Shown here: positions 36,963 through 48,441 of the stretch, one piece after another
Layout: every line of letters starts with the position of its first letter
Numbering within the stretch: the first letter of the stretch is position 1
DNA from: Amoebophrya sp. A120
Lineage: Eukaryota; Protista; Dinoflagellata
DNA: 64,000 bases
Assembly: GCA_905178155.1 (NCBI GenBank)
Contig: CAJINV010000010.1
Location: 1,819,182-1,883,181, forward strand
Direction of reading: 5' to 3'
The notes under the pieces: model-generated
What the model saw: only the letters and a program-made list of their open reading frames with translations
Told to the model about the DNA's origin: nothing
Database searches by the model: none
Program-made: the position numbers and the translations under genes

Positions 36963-39900
36963 TTAGCTTCCCGCGACCTGGGACGTGGATACCTCCTCGA
37001 CGGCCGGGATGTCGACCGGGGCCGCTACTGGTGCGACGGATACCACCTCCTTTCCCGCCGTGCTCGTAGTAGTACTCGTTTTCTCATCATACAAATCCAC
37101 CGCGCGATTTACCGTAGACAGCGTCTTTCCGTTCAGGTATTTCGCGTCCAGTGACTTCCCCGTGTCGATGGCCTTACTCACACCAGTCTGCAGGTTGGAG
37201 CCGAACCTGGTGATGTAGTATTGGGAATGGAGATGTAGATTAATATCGTTATTCATGACGATATTCGCATGTTGAAGTAGAAGTCTTCAGGTTCAGATGC
37301 AGGGCAGGTAATTGCCAGCCAGCATCCAGTTTTAGTGATAGTGTAGTTTGTTCTATGCATGACAAACTCGTGGCAAAAACAAAACTCAGTACTTCTTGTC
37401 ATCCAGTTCCTTGGCCTTTTCCAGCAAGACTTTGCCCATCTCCAACACGCTTGGAAACTTCCTCTCCGCAAATTTGGCCGTCCCCACCGAGGTGGAGACC
37501 ACAGTGGACAAAGCTGTCTCTTGCACGGCGGCGACGGTGATCTTTGTGTAAACTTCGTTGAACTGCTTGATCACCTGCTCCGGGAGTTTGCCCTCCGTTA
37601 TCTCCTTACCTGATAAAAAGGTTTTATTTTGGGTTCAATATGTTTGTCATGCTGCTCCTGCAGCATGTGCATCGCATGATAAGGTCCTGTGATGCAAGAC
37701 AAATTCTCGCAGCACAAGCACCACATTGACATTCTGATAATTCTCAACAAAAACACAAATTCTATACGTAATCCGTTAATGGCCGTGAACGTCTGCAGGT
37801 AGAGTTCTTTCAGCGTTTCCTTTCCCTCCGTCAATTTCTTGCCGAGTTTTTCGGTGTCAATCAACTTCTCGAGCAACTCCACGACTTTCGCGAACTTTTC
37901 CGTGATCATCTTCCCCTTCTCGGTCTCCTTGAAATCCGCAATGGCGGTGGCAATTTGCACTTTCAACTGCGCCAGGGCCTGCTTCGCGTCCTGTAGGTTG
38001 ACGCTGACCTTTGAGGCCGTGGATGTGTAGTAACTGACCGCGAGCTGCTTGTTTTTCGTGAAAATCTCCTCGATTTGCGACTTCAGGAGGTTTATCAACT
38101 GCAAAAGTGTCTGGGTCTGGAAGAGTCATGCTGTTTTTGCATGACAAAAAAGGTCTGGCGCGGAAGCTCTAGCATCACAGGGCTCGAGAAGCTTCCACAA
38201 TGCCGAATCCGCATGCCAAATCCCCTATTTTGGTGACAAAAAGTGGGCAACTTTTGCTGCCTACTTATGCATGAGATATTTTTCTGTGTTCTGGAATGCG
38301 CATCACAAGTTTGTACTCTTCCAGACCCAGACATTTTTGCATTTGATAATGTTCAGCTTCTCCAGGAGCTGCTTCTGTTGCTCCGGGGTCAGGATTTTCG
38401 AAAATTTGTCCTTCAGCTCGATGTTCTTGATCACTTCCAGCGACTCGAGGTAGTAGGTCTTCAGGTTGATAACCTGTTTGTCCTTGTAGGTAGCCAGTTC
38501 GGATTTCAGGTCCAGGACTTTCTGCTTCGACGCCTCGATGGAAGCGAGGAGCTGGTCTTTACCTGGAGGCGTTTATGAGTTATTTCGTATTGCATTTCCT
38601 TTTTCCAGGATGGAGTCTAGCACGACAACGACTTGATGACTGTGTTGACAAAACTGCACGACAAAGTTTTTCACGGACGTCATTCAGCATGACAAACTTT
38701 ATTGTGCAAAGCATTTTACTACCTTCACTGGTCGTTTTTTTCACTGTTTCCGAAACCTCCTTCAACCCCGTCAAAGCCTTGTCCAGCACATATCATCTCC
38801 AAAAGTATCGCACTCGTAGTAATTGCAGTCATGCATTACAAATTTTTTTCTGAAGGTAAATCCGCATGACAAATTATATTTCTCATGCTGAGGAAATTTG
38901 TCATGCATTTATACGAATACGATATTACTTTTGCAGTTCATAGCACCGCGTTTGCCAAAATTCGCTCCTGCATCGAATGCAAATGTGTCTACCTCTGGAA
39001 GTAGAGTGCAGCAAGGTTTGTCATGCACATTTTGCATGACCTTTGATGTCTGTGATGTATGCCCCGGCATCACAGATAATTCATTTCCGAAATTTTTTTT
39101 ATTCCTGATGCCTGTACCGCATGAGAAATTGAAATGCCGCCTCCGCGTAGCAAAAACTTCGCTCCTGTTGCTGATCACGCAATACAGATTTTTACATCAT
39201 CCAAGGGCAGCATCACAAGTTCAAGCTGCAACCTTGTTCCAGAGCCAGACATATTTGCAATGCATATCCTGCATCTCCACCAGTTTCTTCTTTCCCTCTT
39301 CGATTTTCAGCAAAAAAACTTCCTTCTTCCCCTCGAATTCCGTGTACTCCTTGTATGAGAGTGCACAACTCCCCCTCCCCCTCATTTGTCATGCAAAACC
39401 GCAAATCCATTTGCTGCCCTGTGGCACTGTTTGCATGACAAATTTCGGAAAGCCAAACAGTATTACCTTCGGCCGGTCGTGAACTTGTCATGCGAAGGCT
39501 CCAGGAGTGCTGGCGTTTGTATTGCTGTTCATGCCATACAAATGAGGGGGAGGGAGAATTTTGCACTTTCATACCTTGACCTGCGAGACCACCTCGGTCA
39601 GGGACTTCTCGCACAGCTGGTATTTTTCCGAGATCTGCTCCAAAGATTTCGTTTTTAAATCCTCTTTGATAGAAGTAATGTCCTCGATCGCCTTCTCCGT
39701 TTTTTCTTGCAGCTTGGTTCCCGTGGTGGACGCGGTGTGATTCAGTTTCTCCTGCATTTCCTTGAGCTGCGCGAGGGTTTTTTCCAGGTCGATGTAGTCA
39801 CTGAGTTTGGACTGCACGGTTTGCAAGTACGACTGGGCGCCGGACAGCTTGGAAAGGAAATCGGCGCTCAGCTTGGAATCTGATAATTTATCTTTGTTGT

Positions 39901-40923
39901 ATTACAAACGAAAAACGAGTCGCAAAAGTAGGACGACGTTGAGGACCTTAGCACAGTAAGGCTCTCGCGGTCATCCATTGAAGTAGTCAATCTAGCCACG
40001 ACACAATTCGTCACTCTATTTCGAGTATGTCATGCAAGAAGAAATCATGGTGTAGTTGAAACATATTAACAGAAGTAGAACATCATCATCAGCCGGATGA
40101 AGTGGCCCATTCTAGTCGAATTCTAGTACCTTTGTAGTGCTTCTCGACCTCCTCTTTCAGGTGCGCGATGTGCTGCCACGTGTTTTCAAACCCCTTGCGG
40201 ACCGCTTCGGAGTTTGCGTTTTCTTTGAGGCGGACCTGCAACTCTTGGATCGACACGGTTACCTGATAGAGTTATGTACAGTATGCGTGACTTTGTCATG
40301 CGCAATCAGTATCAAAAACAACATTTCTGATGCACCTTTGCTGACACAACAAAATATCGTCGTTAAAGAAGTAAATATACCTTCTTCGCCACATCTTTGA
40401 CACTTTGCTTCACCGATTCCCCCTCCAGCTCCTGCACTGCCGTCAGAGCCGCGTTCAGATGCTCGGTCAAAAACCCAGCATACTTTTTCGCGTAGGATGC
40501 CATGGTGCTGGATGTAGAAGTTGTTGTGCTAGACGGAGATGAAGTACTATTAGTATTTGCCGTGCTAGCCGCGCAAGAGACTGCTTCTTCGTCCTCCTGT
40601 AGTACTAGGAAATCTTGTTGTTCTTGCGAAGTAGATCTCTGTGTGAATCGCGAACTTTCGTGCGCGACCGCGATTCTTTGCCAAATACTTGACGCGGGCA
40701 GTGTTTGTTCCGGCGAAGAAGAGAGGGCGTCTCCTTGTTCTGGAACGACGGTTGTAGCAGAAGCGGAACCAGTGCCGACGCCTAGATCTTGTTGCAGTTG
40801 TTCCCTAACAACGTTGCTACTAGCCTCAACTTCTGTAGTACTAGAAGCTCCTTTATTTCCTGTGCTACTATTGGAAACCTTCTCGGTTGTACCGGTAGTT
40901 GTATCAGACCCCATCATAGCCAC
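36963..40923 (-). CDS. Lys/Glu-rich helical (coiled-coil/amphipathic) hypothetical protein, multi-exon
   Basis: Exon ORFs joined through 4 introners, 4 GT-AG introns and one degenerate intron (~37222-37388); start could be 40923 or 40503. Confidence 0.75.
37610..37767 (-). other. GT-AG intron, apparently introner-derived
   Basis: AC|GTA-TAG...ATC-AG|GTA; internal TGTCATGC/TGTGATGC motifs; frame preserved. Confidence 0.75.
38093..38348. mobile_element. Introner family A
   Basis: TSD AGGTT/ATGTT. Confidence 0.9.
38563..38722 (-). other. GT-AG intron flanked by AGGTA direct repeat
   Basis: AG|GTA...CCAG|GTA; GCATGACA inside; frame preserved. Confidence 0.75.
38791..38942. mobile_element. Introner family B
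   Basis: TSD GCACA/GCACC. Confidence 0.9.
38971..39266. mobile_element. Introner family A (CAT variant end)
   Basis: Perfect TSD TCCTG. Confidence 0.88.
39354..39573. mobile_element. Introner family C
   Basis: Perfect TSD CCTTG. Confidence 0.92.
39880..40129 (-). other. GT-AG intron
   Basis: G|GTACTA...TTATCAG|AT; frame preserved. Confidence 0.7.
40263..40380 (-). other. GT-AG intron, apparently introner-derived
   Basis: AG|GTA-TAT...ATC-AG|GTA; perfect AGGTA repeat; TGTCATGC inside. Confidence 0.8.
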
Positions 40924-41663
40924 GCAGGATTTATTTTAGCACACAGAATTGTCACAATTGGAAGAGAAGTCAGTCCCCTTCTACAAAAACTTACACAAAT
41001 ACTACACTCTTCTCGGAAATAAATTTGTTTCGTCACAACGTTATCATGTAAAAAATGTCGCTTCTCTCAGAACTCTTGCCGTTTTGATGGTTAAAATGTA
41101 AATGTAGTTGTTCTACACTCAATTTATTCCATTCATGTTATTTTCACTGAATTTTGTGAAGACATCAGAAAGCAAAAACATTGAGATGAGCAATACTATG
41201 CCATCCCATGGTGAAGACACCATCATCAATACACAGGAGTTATGAATCTCCCTCCGAAGAGATAGTCGGACCTTCAAGTGAAGTGAGATGATTTTCATCC
41301 AAGATTTGTGACAAATCGAACAAAATTTCAACCGATGCTGTGAAGATTTGTGCTTTAACCGACACGACTTGTTGGAACAAATAGATCCGCGATTTTCCTT
41401 CATTTTGACGAAATTACTGCTCATTTGAAATAAGGATTTCGTTGCCAGCACTGCGATATGATCAGATTTCTGCTGCAAGAGTTGCCGTTTCACGTCAGAA
41501 GTAGGTCCACGATTCTTGCTCGTCCTCGTTGCAGCAATTTGACAACTTGAGTCCTGTCCGGGGACCTGTATACTCGACACAAGGAGCACGTCGACGCATG
41601 GTAAAGTTGAAATTCGTTGTCCAGCACCAGCGTCCGATGTTGTTGAAGCTGTTGCTCCTGCGG

Positions 41664-44360
41664 TCATCTACCTCTGATCGTGGGATTTCCTTCCGGCACC
41701 ACCAATCGACGTCGATGTGAAAAATATTGACGGCAAGAACATATCACCGCTTCAAGACGACCGGCTGCCGTAGATGCGCGAGTGGCTGGTCGGTGTTCCA
41801 TAGTGCTATGGAAGTGGAAGACGTACGTAGGAAAGTCTCGGCAAAAAGCTGTCACGGTGGAACTTCTACACAAACGCTGAGCGTGTGGTCCACCTGGCAA
41901 GCCTGGTGGCAACAAGATTTCCATTTTATGCAGCAATAGCTGCAGATGCAAATAGTTTCTACCATCGTGACGTCGAGACGATTTCCCACGACCTGCCACC
42001 ACCAGTTCCATAACTGCATGAGCTTCTGTAAGAGGAGGAAACCATTGCGCATGCGCAGGTTGTCCTGCAATAGACGTTTCTCGGCCCACCTCTGACACAG
42101 CAGCACCAGCAGACCGGCAGGGGAAAGTTCCTTGCGGACGATACGTGCCTGCGTGATGAGGAAGCTCCTCGTCCTGTCGCAGCTGCTGGTGGCGCTGGTG
42201 TTCATCATCTCCTGGCGAAGCCACGAGATGAGGAGTTTCAGCATCATCTTCTTCCCCTGCGCGTTCGAACAAGTCGATGGGAATTTCCTGTTCCAGCACG
42301 ACTTTGCTCGTCGGGTCCAAATACCAGTGCCTTGGCTCAGGCGTGGTAGCAGGAGGCGAAGAGGACGGCGGAGACGGTATTTTTGGGCTTTCTTGAGCCT
42401 GCTCCTGTTGGTCCCGCACCGGACCCGCCTCCGACCACCTGCTCCTGCCACCACTGCTGGGCCCTATATTGAAGGCCAGAACGACTCTGTAGGAAGAAAA
42501 TTGATCTTGTTCCGCAGCTTGTTGCGTTGTTCCCGTCGGATGACTGGCTTGTTCGATTTTGGACGCAGCTCCTGCGGTCTTCCCCGCCTCAGAATGATGT
42601 TCTTCGGTCCCTACAGCGGCCTCCCCCTCCTCCTCCTCCTCCTCGCGGGAAAACATTAAATACTGGTCCTCCACCTCCTGCTCCCGCTCGATATCCGCAA
42701 GTAGCTTCTCGTCGTCCCCGCTTGCTACACTCGGCAGCGCGGAATGCTGGAGCCAGGAAGGAAAGAAAACCACTTCACCCGACCGCGGGTGCAGCAGCAC
42801 CTCTCGGCCAAAGGGCGGCGAAGCCCCGCGGGGGTCGGCGAACCTGAGGACCCCGGAGTTATTATCAGCGCTGACGTAGTACACACCCGAAACGTACTCT
42901 CCAGAGTGTGTGTGTCCGGCGTGCCATCCGACTGCTTCGCTTGCTGTACTTGTTCCTGTAGCTTCACCATCGGGACGAAGAGTTTGCATTTTGTTCATCT
43001 TCCCTACTTGCGGGTGCACACTGAACCAGGAGAACATACTCACGTCAGCGTCTTCAGGTCCAGCATCCGGATCCTCGCCCGCCTCATCTGCGGAAGTTGC
43101 GCTGCCAGGACGAGGACCCGTCACACCACCAGCAAGATTACCTGGCCTGAAGATATCGTAGTTCGCATGCAGTTTCAGGTATCGTTTGGCGAGTTGAATG
43201 ATTGTCTTCCGCAGCCACTGATACTCCGGCAGATTTTTCATCGCAGGCCAGGATGTGGACTTGTTGTTGGCAGGTGGCGAGGAAGATGTAGGCTTGCTGG
43301 AAGCACTGGGACTGGCAGCGCCGGGCTGAAAAGTTGTGGAAGTTGTAGCCCGGTCATTTGACGGGTCCTTCACTTTGTGCAGCTGCAGCTCCATCGGCGA
43401 AACATGAAGAGCGTCTCGCGAAGATGTCTTTCGCTTCCTTTGATTGATACCTCCTGTGGTCCCGGCCCCCAGCACCGCTTGCTCGGCTTCGGTTTCGAGC
43501 CAATCCAACAAGCTTGACAATGAGTCGTCTTGTTCATCTGTGCCTTGTTCTTCAGATATAATTCGAGGCGAAGTTTCTTCGTCTTCCAAGCTGCTTGCCT
43601 TTCCTACCGATGTCGTCGACGACGTGAAGTTCCTCTTTTCAACTACTTTCGCTGCGTCGTATTCGAAAATGGCTTTTTGATAGAAGTAAAACGCGTCATT
43701 CAGCCCGACGTCGTCGTACTGTTGGAGTAGGAAGTTCTTTTGCTCCACCAGAGATCCTAGGTCATGATGATCCTGCTGCCCACCTCCCGCCGACGCGGTC
43801 GTTCCAGATGATGTAGTAGAAACCAGTCTTCGGTGATGCCGTTTCCTCAGCGCGGGTAGGATAGAATCTCTCAGCTGCTGCCATTCCCGGACTGCTGCTT
43901 TTGTGATTTTCTGGTTGAACAGAGTCGCGCGGCCGACGTCGTGGTCAGGTGGTTGTTCATGATTTCGCTGCGACGTTGTAGATGCGTCAGTGTTGTTGGT
44001 GCTTGGCCGCTGAAGACCAGTCTGCTGTTGCGGCTGCTCGTCTAGTTGCACCGGCAACAGCTCAGTCACATTGACGATCTCGATCGGAGTCGGGTACAAA
44101 TACGCGACACGAGAAGTAGACGAAGTAGTTCTTGTTCTTTCTGATTCTGTTTCATGATCGGAGAACGCATGCATTGCTGCAACATCTTCTCCTGGTGCGC
44201 AACAGTAGAGAGGAAAAATCAACGCAGCAAGGCGGACACAAGTAAACAAGGACGAAGTGCTGGCGAACCAATTGACGAGGAAACACATCCCGGACCAGCG
44301 GGCGGAACCCAACGAGGCCATCTTGTGCAGCTGCAAGCCGTTTATATTTACTTTCGACAC
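41664..44360 (-). CDS. Putative 2OG-Fe(II) oxygenase (TIGR02466-like), single long ORF
   Basis: SWFSVH..HTH..VSGVYYV..LRFADPRG..GEVVFFPSWLQH..RVVLAFNI; the likely ATG is near 44321. Confidence 0.8.
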   Translation of the reverse strand: MSKVNINGLQLHKMASLGSARWSGMCFLVNWFASTSSLFTCVRLAALIFPLYCCAPGEDVAAMHAFSDHETESERTRTTSSTSRVAYLYPTPIEIVNVTELLPVQLDEQPQQQTGLQRPSTNNTDASTTSQRNHEQPPDHDVGRATLFNQKITKAAVREWQQLRDSILPALRKRHHRRLVSTTSSGTTASAGGGQQDHHDLGSLVEQKNFLLQQYDDVGLNDAFYFYQKAIFEYDAAKVVEKRNFTSSTTSVGKASSLEDEETSPRIISEEQGTDEQDDSLSSLLDWLETEAEQAVLGAGTTGGINQRKRKTSSRDALHVSPMELQLHKVKDPSNDRATTSTTFQPGAASPSASSKPTSSSPPANNKSTSWPAMKNLPEYQWLRKTIIQLAKRYLKLHANYDIFRPGNLAGGVTGPRPGSATSADEAGEDPDAGPEDADVSMFSWFSVHPQVGKMNKMQTLRPDGEATGTSTASEAVGWHAGHTHSGEYVSGVYYVSADNNSGVLRFADPRGASPPFGREVLLHPRSGEVVFFPSWLQHSALPSVASGDDEKLLADIEREQEVEDQYLMFSREEEEEEGEAAVGTEEHHSEAGKTAGAASKIEQASHPTGTTQQAAEQDQFSSYRVVLAFNIGPSSGGRSRWSEAGPVRDQQEQAQESPKIPSPPSSSPPATTPEPRHWYLDPTSKVVLEQEIPIDLFERAGEEDDAETPHLVASPGDDEHQRHQQLRQDEELPHHAGTYRPQGTFPCRSAGAAVSEVGRETSIAGQPAHAQWFPPLTEAHAVMELVVAGRGKSSRRHDGRNYLHLQLLLHKMEILLPPGLPGGPHAQRLCRSSTVTAFCRDFPTYVFHFHSTMEHRPATRASTAAGRLEAVICSCRQYFSHRRRLVVPEGNPTIRGR

Positions 44361-46021
44361 CCCTGAGAAGAATATACTCGCTGTGCTGGGTACTCCACCA
44401 AGGAACTGGAGCTACTTTAACCTAAAAGTCTGTTTCTGACGCACTGGCTCATCACTCGCTCACAAATAGTCAGCACTGTGGCAAAAATCTTTCAAAACGT
44501 GAGGACGATCTGCCTCGCTCAATCCGTGAAAGCAGCGATCTTCGCCAGCAAATGCTACTAGCGCTTAGCCGTCGTGGGAATAGAACTGGAACAAGAACAA
44601 AATACACAATTATCTTCATCCGCCCCGGCTAATCGGTAAAATTGGTTACTTTCCAAAGCGGAAAGCACAGGAACATGCTCCATTTGAAGTCGGTGGCGCC
44701 ACCGCTTACCGCGCGATCACCCACAAAGCCGGCCCGTAGTGGCGAAATCGAAAAGCAGCCGGGCCCCGCCAAGAAAGTCAAAACAAGCCGGCGCGCAGCC
44801 CGAAGACCAGGGCATCTGGCGCAGCCGCGGCAATAAGCGCGCGAGAGCTTCGGCCGGCGCGCCAGCATTGATGGGGTGCGTGGCCCTTTCTCCTCGGACG
44901 CGGGCCCCCCCCGCCAAGCAATAGCGGCAAGCTTACCGGCAAAGCCCTGCGCCAACTAGGCGAGCCCAGGCAATAGGGCCTGGCACACAGCACCAGAAAG
45001 GGGCAGAGGGCCTGCCGTGGGCAAGCCGGGGCCCCTATTGGCGCGCCAGCCTACCAGCCGGGGTAGCGGGCGGAACCCCCACAGACCCCGACGCACATCG
45101 GGGCCGCCGGGCGACGATACGAAGGAGCGCAACCGACGACGGCGAGCGGCGCGCCGCCCGCTCTCGAAGTACTGACGGCTCCCACGTGCTGCACGTAGCG
45201 AAATCGCAGGGCAGGACCGGGCGAGGCGCGTCCTTATTCAACAAATTCGCCAAGATGCGCCGCTCCGTCAACGCGTCGATGCTGCACGGGACTGCGGACG
45301 TAGCCAGTGCAGCGCGGCCCAATGTTTTTGAGGCTAACGGTTGCGCCAAGGTCATACTGCTTGCGCAGCGCAGGTTTCCTGCAGTGCCATGCTCAGCGCA
45401 GATTTTCTATCCAGACTCTTAACTTAATCATTTCGAATGATGTTCTCTCACAAGATATTTCCAAAAAAATTTCTCTCTTGTTGTCTTGAAGAGAATGCTT
45501 AATCCTGAAACACAGCAACTCCGGCTCTGTTCGCACTTTGCTCCCACGATTGAAAAATGCTCAGTCACAGACACACCACTGAGCAGGAAGATGGTCCAGC
45601 AGCAACTCAACGCGCTGACGGAACAGAACTTACTACGCTCAACTGCAGGAACAAGAAACCACACGGCCGCCGAAGCATCCGTGCGGGAGGATTCGCTTCT
45701 TGTCAAGCTGAAGCTGTGACGATTTGCGAGTTTTATTTTGTGATCTCTCTTCCTCGGAAGATGTCTTCTCCCGCAGAAGGCGTTGCGCGTCGACCTTATG
45801 TTTTATTTGCTCATTCGAAGATACCATAGGTTTGCTCCAGAGAGGAGTAGCATGATTTTTGCTCAATTCAATTCGCCTCAACTACATCCACGACGACGCA
45901 TACTAGCGTATCACTTCTACGTGGAAGTAGCAGTCACGCCTTTCAAACTCCTTTCGTGCATTCCTCACGTCGACCAGGAGCACTTCTGCTATCGCTTTTA
46001 GTTTAAAAACAAGTCGGCACT

Positions 46022-48441
46022 TCACATGTTCCAGCCCGCAATCTCACAGTTCGCGAAGCTGCGGCCCCCCTGCAAGTGTACCGGAGACACCTTGACACTC
46101 CTCTTGTTCTTTCCGTCTAATGCGAAAAAGGCATCGAGAAACCGGTAGTGCGCCACGATGCCTATTTTCTGTTCCTGGAAGTTTACGGTCGCTTCAAATT
46201 TCGCCATGTTATCACACAGAAAAAAGCAGGCAGGTCAAATTTGTAATGCAAAAATAAATAAACAAAACAATCTGTCTTGCATGTCCTAAACAGCACGCTA
46301 GGGCGTTGCCCATGACAGATTTTTCTGCGTATTTATTTTTGCATTACAAATCTGCCCTGCCTGTTTTTTTCTGTGGGATACATGTACTCGGATAAAAACT
46401 CCTTCGTTTTCTCTGCTCGCTTATCAAAAGCAAAAGTGTCTGGGTCTGGAAGAGTCGTGCTGTTTTTGCATGACGCAGAAGGTGTGCCATGGAAGCTCTA
46501 GCATCTCAGGTTTCACGAAGCGTTCGCAATGCCGAATCCGCATGGCAAGTCCCTGATTTTGGTGACAGAAAGGGGGCATAACTTTTGCTGCCTATGCATG
46601 AGAGATTTTTCTGTGTTCTGAAATGCGCATCACAAGTTTGTATTCTTCCAGACGAGACCCAGACATTTTTGTAGTTGATACCGCTTCATGGTGTCAAAGT
46701 AGTCTTCGAACGGATGGGGGACGACCTTTTTCGTCTCTATCCCCTGAAAATTCACCATCCCCATCCAGTTTGTCATGTAAAACATACATAAAGTCCTCAG
46801 TTTGTCATGCACAAAGTGGATGGGAATGGGGATGGTTAATTTTCACGGAATAGTCTCTTGCAGAAACGTATTCGCTAAAACGTTATCCTGCAGCGTCGTG
46901 TCCGTGAAATGCTTTACGTTCGACAAATCCGGCTTGATAGCGCAATCATCTTCTTTTCGAAATCCGTACAGGACTGTTGATTCTTTGCCATTCGCGTTTT
47001 TCTCGTAGTCAGCACCAGCAGCAGTCGGAGTGGTTGCACTAAAAATGCCGGCTGGTGCCGGGGACCCAGGCCCAGCTGATGTTCCGTTGGAGTTGCAGTC
47101 CGGATCTTCGAATTCCTGTAGCGCCGACTCGTGCCGCTTCTTGTTCACAATCTCCTTCTCCAGCATTTCGCGTTTTTCCCCGTTCAGGAGTGAGCGCAGA
47201 ATCCAGTAATTCTTTTCCAGCAAGTCCTCCTCGAGGAGCGAAAAATCAAAGTCCAGATCGCACTGATTCTTCGTTTTGGAGCTGAACAAAAACTTCAGCC
47301 TCTGCGCGTAGTCACAGGGGATCCCGTCGGTGTAGCGAACCCACTCCCGAATCATCGGAAGCACGACGAACTTGATTTTCTCTCTGCCCGGATGGTTTTT
47401 GAACAGACTGTTGCAGGTTTGCAGCGTTTATCAAAAGTAAAAATGTCTGGGTCTGGAAACTTGTGATGCTGGGTGGCGTCTCATCATGAGGCTACAAATG
47501 CTGGCTCAGCATGACAAGTTTTTGAGCTCCTAGGTGTTGCCTATTCTGCATGACAAACTGCGCTTCTGCATCACAGACAAGCGGAGCTCTTGGGGAACGT
47601 GCATGACAGATTTTAGAGTCATGCCAGACAAGCATGACAAACATGAATTCTTCCAGACCCAGACATTTTTACAGTTGATAGCGTTCGCCTCAGGGGGGAG
47701 ACGAAAACCGTGTGGAAATCTACGTTTGCCAACAGATGCGCCCGCTTTTCCGTCTGGAGCACACCGTAGGGGTGCAACGGGCAGTCGACCAGGGACCTCG
47801 CGGTGCCGATCTTCACCGTCATGCGCTGCTCGAAACTTTCAAACGGCTATCCTGTGCAAAAACGTCCCCACCCCAGAGCTGTCATGCAAATCTGCATGCG
47901 AAAAAAGTTTCGCATGCGGAGCCCCATGAGAACCGTTTATTTTGCAGTCGTGTTTTGGCATTTGTCTAGCAGATTTTCCATCTTGACTCTGGTGCAGGGA
48001 CGTTTTATTTACTCAGGATAACGGCTCCTGTTTCCTCAGTTTGTACTTGTCAAAAAACTTCGGCAATTTAGAGGCCATCTGGGCGTAGTTTGCGCAACTA
48101 ATCGCGTGGCGCACGCAGATGACTTTCGACTTCTCCACGTCGGTGCAGGGCGTATTCGTGCCGAAAGCGTTTTCCAGAGTCGGTTCATAATCGAGCAGCT
48201 CCTGCATCTTGGTAGCGAGACACTGTTCCACAAACTTTCGCGTGTCGTGGTCTTCATCCGTTTGCTTGTTGAGGTAATTGTTGTTATCACCGGAGGACGA
48301 AGACGCTGCTGGTGCAGGTGCTCCGCCTATAATTGCGCCCCCAGACGACCCGGAGGCATTTTTTGTCGTAGTTTCTGGTGCTCCCATGTTGTTTTCGTTC
48401 TGCTGCGGGGAAGACTCACTATACGTGCCGCCCATGACCAC
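46022..48441 (-). CDS. Histidine phosphatase / phosphoglycerate mutase-like protein, 6 exons
   Basis: VICVRHA, VFVSPLRRTL, LPMIRE, IGIVAH, FANCE motifs; 5 introner introns. Confidence 0.88.
46210..46380. mobile_element. Introner (singleton family, long TIR)
   Basis: ~50-bp TIR TATCMCACAGAAAAAA..GCAGG..TTTGTAATGCAAAAATAAATA; perfect TSD CATGT. Confidence 0.92.
46422..46680. mobile_element. Introner family A
   Basis: TSD TCGCT/CCGCT. Confidence 0.9.
46738..46852. mobile_element. Introner (singleton, smallest: 115 bp)
   Basis: TIR TAT.CC.TGAAAATT.ACCATCCCCAT; perfect TSD GTCTC. Confidence 0.9.
47429..47680. mobile_element. Introner family A
   Basis: Perfect TSD GCGTT. Confidence 0.92.
47848..48020. 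mobile_element. Introner family D (short derivative)
   Basis: Perfect TSD ACGGC; resembles 58513-58792 with an internal deletion. Confidence 0.9.

Noticed and set aside
37594-37776. Apparent introner with TCCGT direct repeat
   Set aside because: Its removal shifts the frame; the GT-AG intron 37610-37767 fits instead.
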